This document shows, piece by piece, positions 26,288-35,787 of a DNA stretch of 64,000 nucleotides (positions within the stretch are counted from its first letter, which is position 1; each line of letters opens with the position of its first letter). This stretch comes from Candidatus Nanoarchaeia archaeon. Its GTDB lineage: Archaea; Nanobdellota; Nanobdellia; Woesearchaeales; JANQNE01. The stretch is taken from positions 25,872-89,871 of the forward strand of contig JANQNE010000011.1 in NCBI GenBank assembly GCA_028279725.1. Direction: 5' to 3'. The position numbers and the translations under genes were made by a program. The notes under the pieces were generated by a model. That model was given only the letters and a program-made list of their open reading frames with translations. It was not told the DNA's origin and ran no database searches.

Positions 26288-27445
26288 CTAAAAATGTGCA
26301 AAGCATCTTTCTGTAGTATAGACCATTGCCATATCATGATCATTTGCTGCTTCAACAACCTCTAGGTCTTTTACAGAACCTCCTGGCTGTATTATTGCAG
26401 TTATACCTTGATTTGCTATAAGGTCAACTGAATCTCTGAAAGGAAAGAATCCATCTGATGAGATGACTGCTCCTTTTAGGGGATTTTCTGACAGTTTTTC
26501 TTTTGATGCTATGACATTTAATGAATCATATTCAATATTTTCCCTATCCATTGCTTTTTGGTATGCTTTTAGGATAGCCTGCTCAACAGCTCCAACTCTT
26601 TCTTGCTGTCCTGAGCCTATTGATAGGGAAACACCATTCTTAACAATAACAACACCATTACTTCTTACACCTAGGTTGATGTACCATGATGTTAGCAGGT
26701 CTTGGAGTTCCTGTATTGAAGGCTCTCTTTTTACTGAAACTTCTTTTTCATCTGTGTTTATTGTCGGATGTGTTATAAGATCTGATGGATCTTTTATCTT
26801 GCATAAGTAAGGTTTTTGGATGATTAATCTTCCTGCACCCATTATTTTGACGTCGAAGAGTCCTGTTGTGTCATCTCCAGCAAATTTTGGAACTTTGTCT
26901 AGGTTTTCGAATGTGAGCAGTCTCATGTTTTTCTTTTCGCTCAGGATATCTTCTGCTTCTTTCTGGAATCCAGGAGCTGCAACAGCTTCAACATAGCTTG
27001 TCATTATCTCTTCTGCTGTTTCTTTGTCAACTTCTCTGTTGAAAACTACTACTGAGCCGAATGCACTTCTTGCATCAGCATCTCTTGCATTTTTGTAGAT
27101 GTCTTTCAATGAGTTGTCCTGATATTGAGTTGCAAACCCCGAAGGTATTATGTGTTTCATAACGCAAACTGAAGGATGATTGAAGAACTTCAGTATTTCC
27201 ATAGCTCTTATTACATCCATTACATTTGTTGCTGATAATCCACCTTTTCCTGATTTTAGAAGCTGAATATTTGTAAGGTCAGCTATTGTTGATCCTTTGA
27301 ACTTGTATTCTGCTCCTGGCTGATTTGGATTTTCTCCATATCTTAGATCCATCTCTTTGACTAATTCTAACGGCAGTTCATCCGGATAGTCTCCAGCATT
27401 TACTGTCTTGTACATATTTTTTAGGTCGCTTAAGTTTTCTCCCAT
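26288..27445 (-). CDS. purH: AICAR formyltransferase domain protein (C-terminal half of PurH as a separate gene)
   Basis: LRYGENPNQPG, the GSGQQERV-type block (IGSGQQERVGAV) and C-terminal ERCFAHF. Confidence 0.85.
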   Translation of the reverse strand: MGENLSDLKNMYKTVNAGDYPDELPLELVKEMDLRYGENPNQPGAEYKFKGSTIADLTNIQLLKSGKGGLSATNVMDVIRAMEILKFFNHPSVCVMKHIIPSGFATQYQDNSLKDIYKNARDADARSAFGSVVVFNREVDKETAEEIMTSYVEAVAAPGFQKEAEDILSEKKNMRLLTFENLDKVPKFAGDDTTGLFDVKIMGAGRLIIQKPYLCKIKDPSDLITHPTINTDEKEVSVKREPSIQELQDLLTSWYINLGVRSNGVVIVKNGVSLSIGSGQQERVGAVEQAILKAYQKAMDRENIEYDSLNVIASKEKLSENPLKGAVISSDGFFPFRDSVDLIANQGITAIIQPGGSVKDLEVVEAANDHDMAMVYTTERCFAHF

Positions 27446-27446
27446 T

Positions 27447-28169
27447 CTAATCCCTCTTTATTTCATAGCATTTCTCAAGATCTGCTATCTCTGTTTTTTG
27501 TATCAGCTTATTGACTGATGCCATATAATCTGTTATCATGCTTGATGCTTTTTTTGCCAAGTTAAGGCGAGTTGCAAGTGAGATCGCTCCGTTGTTTGTG
27601 TCTAGTTCTTCAATTAGTGTTTTGTATTCTGACGGATCTGTTATCAATGCAGTGCTTACTAATGCTTTTCTTGCATTATGACTCATGCTTGGCCCTCCTA
27701 CGTCTATATTTTGCCTTAGGATCTCAAAAGTTGAGTCAGGCTTTGCCATCATCTCATCCAATGGATAAAAGTTGACTATTAATGCATTGATGTAGTTGAT
27801 GTTATGTTCTTTCATGAATTCATCGTCTGATTCTGTATGATTGTGTGCTAAAAGTCCTGCATGTATAACTGGATGTAGTGATTTAACTAATCCTGTCTTC
27901 ATCTCAGGGTATTTTGTAACTTCTGAGACTTCTACAACATTAAGCCCTGCTTCTTTTACTATCTTGTATGTTCCTCCTGTTGATATGAACTGGACATCTG
28001 GGTTTTTTTCTGCTATAAAACCTAAAAGTCCGTTTTCTGGAATTCCTTCTATTATTGGTCCATCTTTTCTTTTGTTGGAAACTAATCCTTCTTTGTTTGT
28101 ACAGCTGACCAATACATGCTTTAGCTGTATAAGGTCATCAACTTTTTTTACAAATTCAATTTCAGCCAT
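27447..28169 (-). CDS. purH: IMP cyclohydrolase, MGS-like domain protein (N-terminal half of PurH as a separate gene)
   Basis: VLVSCTNKEG, FISTGGTYK, GLVKSLHPVIHAGLL, VNFYPL, NIDVGGPSM. The TAG stop is followed after 1 nt by the ATG of the AICARFT gene, in another frame. Confidence 0.8.
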   Translation of the reverse strand: MAEIEFVKKVDDLIQLKHVLVSCTNKEGLVSNKRKDGPIIEGIPENGLLGFIAEKNPDVQFISTGGTYKIVKEAGLNVVEVSEVTKYPEMKTGLVKSLHPVIHAGLLAHNHTESDDEFMKEHNINYINALIVNFYPLDEMMAKPDSTFEILRQNIDVGGPSMSHNARKALVSTALITDPSEYKTLIEELDTNNGAISLATRLNLAKKASSMITDYMASVNKLIQKTEIADLEKCYEIKRD

Positions 28170-28738
28170 TATTTACACCTTATCACTCTTTTTTCGGTAA
28201 TTATCATATCCATCGGGATGTCATAATCTTCTGTTGGTATATTTTTTGTTATCTGTTCTTCAAATGCAAGCCCTATTTTTAGGGAGTTTCTGTCTTTCAG
28301 GAATCTGTCGTAAAAACCTTTTCCGAATCCTATCCTTGCTCCGCTTTGGTCAAAAGCGATGCCTGGGACGAGGACGATGTCCAGGTTTTCTTTGTATTCC
28401 TCTTTTTTGATTGGTTCGAGTACTCCGAAGTTCCCTTCTTTTAGGTCATTGAAGTCAGATAATTTTGATATCTTTATGTTGTTTTCTTCGACAAATGGGA
28501 TGATTACTGTCTTTTGCTGCAGTTGTTCTTTGATTAATTCTATTGTGTTTACCTCACTTTTTAGTGAAAGGTAAGACATCACTATGTTTGCTTTTTTGAA
28601 CTCATCCAGATCTTTTAGATGTTGGATGATTGTCTTGCTTTTTTCTGAGATCTGTTCTTCCGGTATGTTATCTCTTATGGACCTTATGGTGTTTCTGATC
28701 TCTTGTTTGTTTATTCTGTTCATAGTGCGATTCTTCAC
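28169..28738 (-). CDS. 5-formyltetrahydrofolate cyclo-ligase
   Basis: LVPGIAFDQSGARIGFGKGFYDRFL is the MTHFS signature. Confidence 0.8.
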   Translation of the reverse strand: MKNRTMNRINKQEIRNTIRSIRDNIPEEQISEKSKTIIQHLKDLDEFKKANIVMSYLSLKSEVNTIELIKEQLQQKTVIIPFVEENNIKISKLSDFNDLKEGNFGVLEPIKKEEYKENLDIVLVPGIAFDQSGARIGFGKGFYDRFLKDRNSLKIGLAFEEQITKNIPTEDYDIPMDMIITEKRVIRCK

Positions 28739-31404
28739 TTTTGCCTATCAAGCTCTTTTTTTGCAATATCTTTTCTAAAAAACATGCCGTCGAAGTTTAT
28801 GTCATTTATTTTTGTGTATGCTGTATCGACGGCATCTTTAAGGGTTGATCCTAATGTGATTACATTTAATACTCTTCCTCCATTTGTGAGGATCTTTCCG
28901 TTATCTTTCTTTGTTCCAGCGTGAATCACCTGTGCTCCACTTATGTTATCTAAACCTTTTATCTCTTTTCCCTTTTCATATGAACCAGGATAACCTCCTG
29001 ATGCTAGTACTATGCTTACGCAGTGTTTTTCAGACCAGTCTAGTTTCATAGCTCCTAGTTTCTTGTCTATTACTGCGTTCATTACGTCAAGTATATCATT
29101 GTTTAATCTTGGAAGGATAACCTGTGTTTCCGGATCTCCAAATCTGCAGTTGAATTCTAAGATCTTTAGGCCGTCTTTTGTTTTCATAAGTCCGACGTAG
29201 AGGACTCCTTTGTATTCTATGCCTTCTGCTTTTGTTCCAGCTATGAATGGCTTAATTATCTTTTCTTCCATCTCTTTTTCAAGTCCGTCTAATATTGGTG
29301 CTGGTGAGTAAGCTCCCATCCCTCCTGTATTAGGGCCTTTGTCTCCTTCATAGATTGGTTTGTGATCCTGTGAATATACCATTGGCTTGAATGTTTCTGA
29401 GTCTACGAAGACTAAGTAGGACCCTTCTTCACCTACAAGACATTCTTCTACAACTATTGATGAAGATGCATCTCCGAATTTGTTTGCTTTTAGGCATTCT
29501 TCTGCAAACTTTACTGCTTCTTCTACTGTGTTTGCGACAAGAACTCCTTTTCCAGCAGCTAGTCCGTCTGCTTTTACGACAATTGGTGCTCCCTGCTTTT
29601 CGATGTATGCTTTTGCTTTTTCAAAATCAGTGAATTCATCAAATTCAACTGTTGGAAGATTATATTTTTTCATGAATCTTCTTGCAAATGCTTTTGATCC
29701 TTCAAACTGTGATGCTTTTTTGTTAGGGCCGAAGACTCTTATCCCTGCTTTTTCAAGTTCGTCAGCTGCTCCGTTAACTAGCGGAGCTTCTGGACCTATG
29801 ATTGCAAGATCTATCTTCTTTTCTTTTGCAAACTTGACTAAAGCTTCATTATCATTTTGGTCGATATCATGACAGCAAGCTACCTGGCCAATACCTGGAT
29901 TTCCCGGGACTGCGTATAGTTTGTTTAATCTGTCAGATTCTGTGACTTTTAATGCAATAGCATGCTCTCTTCCGCCTGAACCAACTATCATTACGTTAAG
30001 TTTGGTGTCTAATGTTGTCTGCTCTTCTGTTCTCTGGCAACCAAGGCATTGCTGCTGTGATTCTGATACTGGTTCTGGGTATTCTCCTGTTAAACATGCC
30101 ATACATACATCCCTCCTTGTAGCATTCTTGATATTATCAACTGTTGCATATACTAAATTATCTGCTTCAAGATATTCTCTTATCTGTTCTATTGATTTAT
30201 CTGAAGCTATAAGCTCTTTTTTTGTCGCCATGTCTATCCCATAGAAGCATGGGAATTTTATAGGAGGACAAGCAGAAACAAATGTAACTTTTCTAACTCC
30301 TCCATCTTTTAATGTTCTTACTATCCTTTTTGATGTTGTTCCCCTTACAATGCTGTCATCAACTACAGCAACACTCTTGTTTTCAAGTATACTTATTACA
30401 GGCCTTAGTTTTCTTCTTACTGAGTCATGCCTTGTCTTTTGTGATGACATTATGAATGTTCTTTGTATATATTTATCTTTGATCAGACCTTCCCTATATT
30501 TTACAGCAAGATCTTCACTTAATTTTATAGCAGCTGTCCTTCCTGAATCTGGAACTGGGACTACAACATCGATGTCTTTTTGGTCCATCTGCTCGCTCAT
30601 CAGTTTTCCAAGAGCTAATCTTGTCTTGTATACTGATCTGTTCTCTATCATGCTGTTCGGGCTTGCAAAATATATCCATTCAAACATACAATGAGCTTTT
30701 TTCTCCTGTTTTAGGATCTTGCTTTCTATAACCAAGTCTTTTGAGATAAAAACAGCTTCTCCTGGCTCTATATCTCTGACATAATCATGATCAATAACCT
30801 GAAATGCTACAGTTTCTGAAGCAAATATGTATGAATCTCCTCTCTTTCCGAGAACTAAAGGCCTTATGCCTCTTGGATCTCTTATCGCGAATATACCTTT
30901 GTCTGCTATCATTCCAACAATTGAGTAAGCTCCTCTTACCTTATCCATGAAGTGCTTTGCAGCTGCAAAGAAATCTCCATGCTGTTCGTAATGCTCTGCG
31001 AATATTCTTAGAAGAACTTCACCGTCAACAGAGGTTTCAAGATGTTTTCCTTTTTTTTGGAATTCTTCTTTTAGGTCGAAGTAGTTTATTGTGTTTCCGT
31101 TCTGAGCCATAGCAACTTTTGGGTTGATCTTTGTTGTAAGAGGTTGTGCGTCGCACAACATTCCTTTTCCCTGTGTTGCATATCTTGTGTGGCCGATGCC
31201 CATCTTCCCTTGTAATAGGTTTGCGTCTCTTGCCTTGAATACTCTGTGAACAGCATCCATCTCTTTTTTTGTGAAGAATTCGTCTTTTACGTTTGTTACT
31301 ATGCCGCATGCATCCTGGCCTCTATGCTGCAATGACATCAAGCTAGTTACTGCATCCTCAAAAACTTCATCATCTTTTGAAACAATACCAATAATTCCGC
31401 ACAT
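28735..31404 (-). CDS. purF-purD: fusion protein: amidophosphoribosyltransferase PurF (N) + phosphoribosylamine-glycine ligase PurD (C), 889 aa
   Basis: N: MCGIIGIV, HTRYATQG, VDDSIVRGTT, CMACLTGEYP. C: VMIVGSGGREHAIA, VVKADGLAAGKGV, EFNCRFGDPE, TNGGRVL. Confidence 0.9.
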   Translation of the reverse strand: MCGIIGIVSKDDEVFEDAVTSLMSLQHRGQDACGIVTNVKDEFFTKKEMDAVHRVFKARDANLLQGKMGIGHTRYATQGKGMLCDAQPLTTKINPKVAMAQNGNTINYFDLKEEFQKKGKHLETSVDGEVLLRIFAEHYEQHGDFFAAAKHFMDKVRGAYSIVGMIADKGIFAIRDPRGIRPLVLGKRGDSYIFASETVAFQVIDHDYVRDIEPGEAVFISKDLVIESKILKQEKKAHCMFEWIYFASPNSMIENRSVYKTRLALGKLMSEQMDQKDIDVVVPVPDSGRTAAIKLSEDLAVKYREGLIKDKYIQRTFIMSSQKTRHDSVRRKLRPVISILENKSVAVVDDSIVRGTTSKRIVRTLKDGGVRKVTFVSACPPIKFPCFYGIDMATKKELIASDKSIEQIREYLEADNLVYATVDNIKNATRRDVCMACLTGEYPEPVSESQQQCLGCQRTEEQTTLDTKLNVMIVGSGGREHAIALKVTESDRLNKLYAVPGNPGIGQVACCHDIDQNDNEALVKFAKEKKIDLAIIGPEAPLVNGAADELEKAGIRVFGPNKKASQFEGSKAFARRFMKKYNLPTVEFDEFTDFEKAKAYIEKQGAPIVVKADGLAAGKGVLVANTVEEAVKFAEECLKANKFGDASSSIVVEECLVGEEGSYLVFVDSETFKPMVYSQDHKPIYEGDKGPNTGGMGAYSPAPILDGLEKEMEEKIIKPFIAGTKAEGIEYKGVLYVGLMKTKDGLKILEFNCRFGDPETQVILPRLNNDILDVMNAVIDKKLGAMKLDWSEKHCVSIVLASGGYPGSYEKGKEIKGLDNISGAQVIHAGTKKDNGKILTNGGRVLNVITLGSTLKDAVDTAYTKINDINFDGMFFRKDIAKKELDRQK

Positions 31405-31406
31405 TT

Positions 31407-32231
31407 TTATCTATCCTTAAAATAGTCAACAGCATTCTGGAAAATCCTGAAGTTTGAGCTAATTAAATCAGGGATCTCTTTGTTTTCTCTTTTAGCGATC
31501 TCTTTTTTCAGATGGAATTCCGGCTCGCTGATTGAGTATATTGCTCTTTCTGGATGAGGCATCATTCCCATTAGCCTTCCAGTCTTGTCGCAGATAGCTG
31601 CTATATCATTTAAAGCTCCATTAGGGTTGATAGGGTAAACATTTTCTGCATCATCTCCTGCTTCATTGCAGTACGTGAAAACTATCTGGTTGTTCTTTTT
31701 TAATTCTTCAAGTGTGTTTTTATCGCATGTGAATCTTCCTTCTCCATGAGCTATAGGGAGATGTGTCTGTTCTATTCCTTTTGTGAATATACAATTAGAA
31801 TTGTTGTTTTTTATGTTTACCCATAAGCATTCATATCTGTTGCTTGTGTTTGATTCTAATGAGCTGATTCTTTTTCCGTAGTCTCCATCTGTAGCGAATA
31901 ATCCTAAATGGGTCATGACCTGGAATCCGTTGCAGACTCCGAGTATCAATTTTCCTGAGTTTATGAACTCTAAAAGATCTTCCCAAAGGTTGTTTTTTAT
32001 CTTGTTTGCAAAAGCATTTCCTGAACCTGTGTCATCTCCATACGAGAATCCTCCTGGAAACATAATTATATTGTAGTCAGACATCTTTTTCTTTTTTGAG
32101 ATAAGGTCGTTTATGTGGACAATTTCGCATTCAGCTCCTGCTTTTTCAAAAGCATGAGCACTTTCTTTCTCGCAGTTGATCCCATATCCTGACATAATCA
32201 ATACTTTTGGTATCATATTAATAGTCCTCAA
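31407..32231 (-). CDS. purQ: phosphoribosylformylglycinamidine synthase, glutaminase subunit
   Basis: FPGGFSYGDD, GVCNGFQ (catalytic Cys), MMPHPER. Confidence 0.9.
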   Translation of the reverse strand: MRTINMIPKVLIMSGYGINCEKESAHAFEKAGAECEIVHINDLISKKKKMSDYNIIMFPGGFSYGDDTGSGNAFANKIKNNLWEDLLEFINSGKLILGVCNGFQVMTHLGLFATDGDYGKRISSLESNTSNRYECLWVNIKNNNSNCIFTKGIEQTHLPIAHGEGRFTCDKNTLEELKKNNQIVFTYCNEAGDDAENVYPINPNGALNDIAAICDKTGRLMGMMPHPERAIYSISEPEFHLKKEIAKRENKEIPDLISSNFRIFQNAVDYFKDR

Positions 32232-35178
32232 ACCTTTTTTTGTATATTTTTTCTAATTTTTCAATGTCTGTCTTGATTACTTGTTCTTCTTTGTTGTTTA
32301 TTATGAACTCATTGTCTTCTTTTACTGTTCCTATCTTTGCTATGTCGAAGTCGCTCATTGCTTTTACAAATTCATCCTGGTCTTTAGGGTTGATCGTTAC
32401 GATGAATCTGGACTGTGATTCTGAATAGAATATCTTTTCTATTGGCAGGTTATCGTTTGGTGCTTTGCTTAAGTCTGTTTCCGCTCCAAGCTGTCCTGCG
32501 ATTGCCATCTTTGCTAATGTGATCAGTAGTCCGCCTTGATTGACTGGAGCACATGCACTGAACATTCCTTTTTTGTTTAACTGGAACATTGTTTCGTAAA
32601 GTTTTCTTGCTTTTTGTGCATCTACTTTTGGTGACTTTGCTCCGAACTTATCGAATGCTCTATAGAACTCGCTTCCACCACATTCGTCTTTCGTCATTCC
32701 TATGGTGTATATCAGATCTCCCGGAAGCTTGAAGTCCATCGTTATTGTATCTTTTGCATTGTCGATTATGCTTATGCTTGAGATCATCAATGTTGGAAGT
32801 ACTGAAATCTTTATTGAGTTATCTTTTTCGTCAAATCCTTTGAAATCGTTGAACATGCTGTCTTTTCCTGAGATAAATGGTGTTTTGTAGATGGTTGCAT
32901 AATCATAGCATGCTTGTGCTGCGTCTTTTAGCTGGCCCATACGTTCTGGCTCGTTTGAACTGCACCAGCAGAAGTTGTCCATGAGTGCAAGATGGTCTAT
33001 GTTTCCGCCGACAGCAACACAGTTTCTTATTGAAGTGTCTATAGCACATGCTGCCATATCATAGCAGTTTATCTCGCTTAGTCTTGGATAAAGGCATTGT
33101 GACATAACAGCTGCTTTATTGCTGCTGAACAAAGGCTTTACAACTGAAGCTGCTCCGTTGACTCTGCCTTTTCCCTGTAATGGTTTTATGACTGAGTTAT
33201 TCTGAACTTCATGATCATACTGTTTTGATATAAATTCAAAGCTGCAGTTGTTGTGATTTCCCAGGATCTTTTCGAACAGTGCTTTTTGGTTGTCTATTGT
33301 TATTTTTGGCTCTTCTGTCCTGTAAGGATAAGGTTTTGTGATAAGTTTTCTTTTTGGAAGTCCGTCATGTAAGAATTCCATGTCTAAGTTGAATATTTCT
33401 TTTCCGTTGAAATTCACTATAGCTTTTTTTGTGTCGTTGAAATTTCCAATTACTGTTGATTCAACTCCTCTGCTTTCCATAAGGTCCATGAATTCTTTTA
33501 GCTTGTTGTCTGGAACTGATAATGTCATACGTTCCTGTGATTCTGAAATCCATGTTTCCCAAGGCGGAAGTCCTGGATATTTTAGAGGAACTTTTTCTAA
33601 GTCTACTATGAAACCACCACATTCTCTTGCCATCTCTGCAACTGAACAGGATAATCCTCCTGCTCCATTGTCTGTTATGCTATTGTAAAGTTCTTTATCT
33701 CTTGCTTCTTTTACAATTGCATCCGAGAGTTTCTTTTGAGTGATCGGATCTCCTATCTGAACAGCTGTTGCTGGTGAGCCTTCATCCATCTCTTCTGATG
33801 AGAATGTTGCTCCGTGAATACCATCTTTTCCAACTCTTCCGCCGATCATGACAATGTTGTCTCCTGGCTGAGCCTGTTTGTCCTGGCTTGGATTTCCGTT
33901 AGGAAGTTTTCTTGGTAAAAGTCCTACAGTTCCTACGAATATGAGAGGTTTTCCCTTGTAGCAATCGTCGAAGTATACAAATCCTGTTGGTGTTGGAATA
34001 CCTGAGCAGTTTCCTCCTACATTTACTCCATGTATTACTCCATCCATGATCTTTCTTGGTGTTAAAGCTGGGTTTGTCTTGTTCTTTCCTCTGTAAATGA
34101 ATGTCTTGTCTTCTGGTCTTCCTAAGCAGAAGCCGTATTTGTTAACTATTGGAAGTGCGCCCATACCGAAGCCGATAGTGTCTCTGTTAACTCCTACAAT
34201 TCCAGTTATAGCTCCTCCAAATGGATCTAATGCTGAAGGACTATTATGTGTTTCAGCTTTGTCTGTGATCATCCAGTCGTCATTGAATATTATTCCTCCT
34301 GAATTGTCTTTGAATACTGATAAGCAGAAATCTTTATCTCCTAAGTCTTCTCTTACTTTTATTGTCGCTGCTTTGATGAACTTTTTGTATATTCCTTCTT
34401 TTATGTCATCTATCTCTCCTGCAAATAAAGTGTGTTTGCAGTGTTCTGACCATGTTTGTGCGATTGATTCCAGCTCAATATCAGTTGCTTTTCTTCCTTC
34501 TTTTTTGTAATAAGCCTGTATTGCGTGTAAGTAGTCTAAGTCTAAAGCTAAAGGGCCTCTTCTTGTGTTTGTTACAGGATCAGGAATTCCTTTTTTTCCA
34601 AGTTCTGTAAGAATTTCATCACTGACATTCAGATCAATTGCAATTACGTTTTGTTCTTCTTTTATGTTTACTTTTGGAACAATATAATCCATGCCGTTGT
34701 CTTCAGTGTATTGTTCTGCTGATTTGATGTGGAAACGTTCTATTAAAGTGTTGATTAGTTCTTTTGCAATTATTTCTATGTCTTCTTTCTTTAGGTTGTC
34801 TGATTTTATTAAGATCAGTTTAGAAGTGAATACTTTGTTTCTTCCAATGTTGATCTTGAATAGGTCGTTTATGATTTCTGTAGTTGTGTTTGCTACATTG
34901 TCTGTAACTCCTGGCAAGAATCCCAGTTCTAATGCCCAGCTAAACTCTTTTTTTGATGGTGAGTTGATCCTTGGAGTTTCTACGATAGGATTGTGTAATG
35001 CGTTAGCTATTGCTGTTATTTGTTCTGCTGAGAAATCATACTGGATAGTGTATACTTTGCTTACTTCAATAGAGGTTTCGAAGCCCAGCGAGAACAGCTT
35101 TTTCTCTAATATTTTGGCTTCAGAGCCCTTCTCCTTGGAATCTATAGAAATCCTAAATATCTGTCCATTTTCTTGCAT
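32218..35178 (-). CDS. purL: phosphoribosylformylglycinamidine synthase II with an N-terminal PurS-like extension (no glutaminase domain)
   Basis: Start placed at MQENGQIF, with SD AGGGGGTTGATC just upstream; the track ORF extends to 35214. ETHNSPSALDPFGGA, PurL PurM-like repeats, and an extra N-terminal domain of roughly 200 aa. Confidence 0.85.
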   Translation of the reverse strand: MQENGQIFRISIDSKEKGSEAKILEKKLFSLGFETSIEVSKVYTIQYDFSAEQITAIANALHNPIVETPRINSPSKKEFSWALELGFLPGVTDNVANTTTEIINDLFKINIGRNKVFTSKLILIKSDNLKKEDIEIIAKELINTLIERFHIKSAEQYTEDNGMDYIVPKVNIKEEQNVIAIDLNVSDEILTELGKKGIPDPVTNTRRGPLALDLDYLHAIQAYYKKEGRKATDIELESIAQTWSEHCKHTLFAGEIDDIKEGIYKKFIKAATIKVREDLGDKDFCLSVFKDNSGGIIFNDDWMITDKAETHNSPSALDPFGGAITGIVGVNRDTIGFGMGALPIVNKYGFCLGRPEDKTFIYRGKNKTNPALTPRKIMDGVIHGVNVGGNCSGIPTPTGFVYFDDCYKGKPLIFVGTVGLLPRKLPNGNPSQDKQAQPGDNIVMIGGRVGKDGIHGATFSSEEMDEGSPATAVQIGDPITQKKLSDAIVKEARDKELYNSITDNGAGGLSCSVAEMARECGGFIVDLEKVPLKYPGLPPWETWISESQERMTLSVPDNKLKEFMDLMESRGVESTVIGNFNDTKKAIVNFNGKEIFNLDMEFLHDGLPKRKLITKPYPYRTEEPKITIDNQKALFEKILGNHNNCSFEFISKQYDHEVQNNSVIKPLQGKGRVNGAASVVKPLFSSNKAAVMSQCLYPRLSEINCYDMAACAIDTSIRNCVAVGGNIDHLALMDNFCWCSSNEPERMGQLKDAAQACYDYATIYKTPFISGKDSMFNDFKGFDEKDNSIKISVLPTLMISSISIIDNAKDTITMDFKLPGDLIYTIGMTKDECGGSEFYRAFDKFGAKSPKVDAQKARKLYETMFQLNKKGMFSACAPVNQGGLLITLAKMAIAGQLGAETDLSKAPNDNLPIEKIFYSESQSRFIVTINPKDQDEFVKAMSDFDIAKIGTVKEDNEFIINNKEEQVIKTDIEKLEKIYKKRFEDY

Positions 35179-35269
35179 GATCAACCCCCTATAGTTAGCT
35201 GAAAAATGACTCATATATAAATATTATGGCTACCAGCCAGTACTAAAGATATACTCAAGAATATAGTTT

Positions 35270-35704
35270 TTACCCTCTAAGTGAAGGATGTAATGGGTAA
35301 GAAGGTGTTATGTATGTGTCTCCTCTTGATTCTACTTTTATCAATGTGTTATCAGCTACCCTAAAATCTAACGGGTCTTTGATTGCATTATCCCTGGCTT
35401 CGAATTTTCCAAGATAACATTCTTGAACTGCTTGTTTTAAGTGCGGTTCACAAGCAAAGATTTCAGCATAAGGTGTTGCTTCCATGATTGCCTTTGCAAC
35501 ATCAAGACTTGAGCTTCCTTCTTTTACAATGTTTGCCAGATCAACCATATCATAGAGCTTAATTGTTCCTGCTGGTTCTTTTTCACACTTCTTACATTCT
35601 CCATAAGGAAGATGCATAGTCTCGGTCAACCTATTTCTATCCATCGCTTTTCTAAGTGGAATGGATTTTTCCAAACCTTTTATGAATTCTCCTAAATCTG
35701 ACAT
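35270..35704 (-). CDS. hypothetical protein between purL and purB
   Basis: 144-aa ORF with CKKC and several Cys. No recognisable family. Confidence 0.5.
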   Translation of the reverse strand: MSDLGEFIKGLEKSIPLRKAMDRNRLTETMHLPYGECKKCEKEPAGTIKLYDMVDLANIVKEGSSSLDVAKAIMEATPYAEIFACEPHLKQAVQECYLGKFEARDNAIKDPLDFRVADNTLIKVESRGDTYITPSYPLHPSLRG

Positions 35705-35787
35705 AGAACAAAAGGATTACTAAGTTGTATATAAATATTATTGTTTTTGAGTATTCTAGAATGGTAACGTTACGTTAATCGTAAGAA

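Noticed and set aside
26288-28169. Reading the two purH genes as a frameshifted pseudogene.
   Set aside because: The break falls exactly at the inter-domain linker with a stop-A-ATG junction, and both halves are intact with all motifs. It is kept as a split gene, but flagged for read-level verification.
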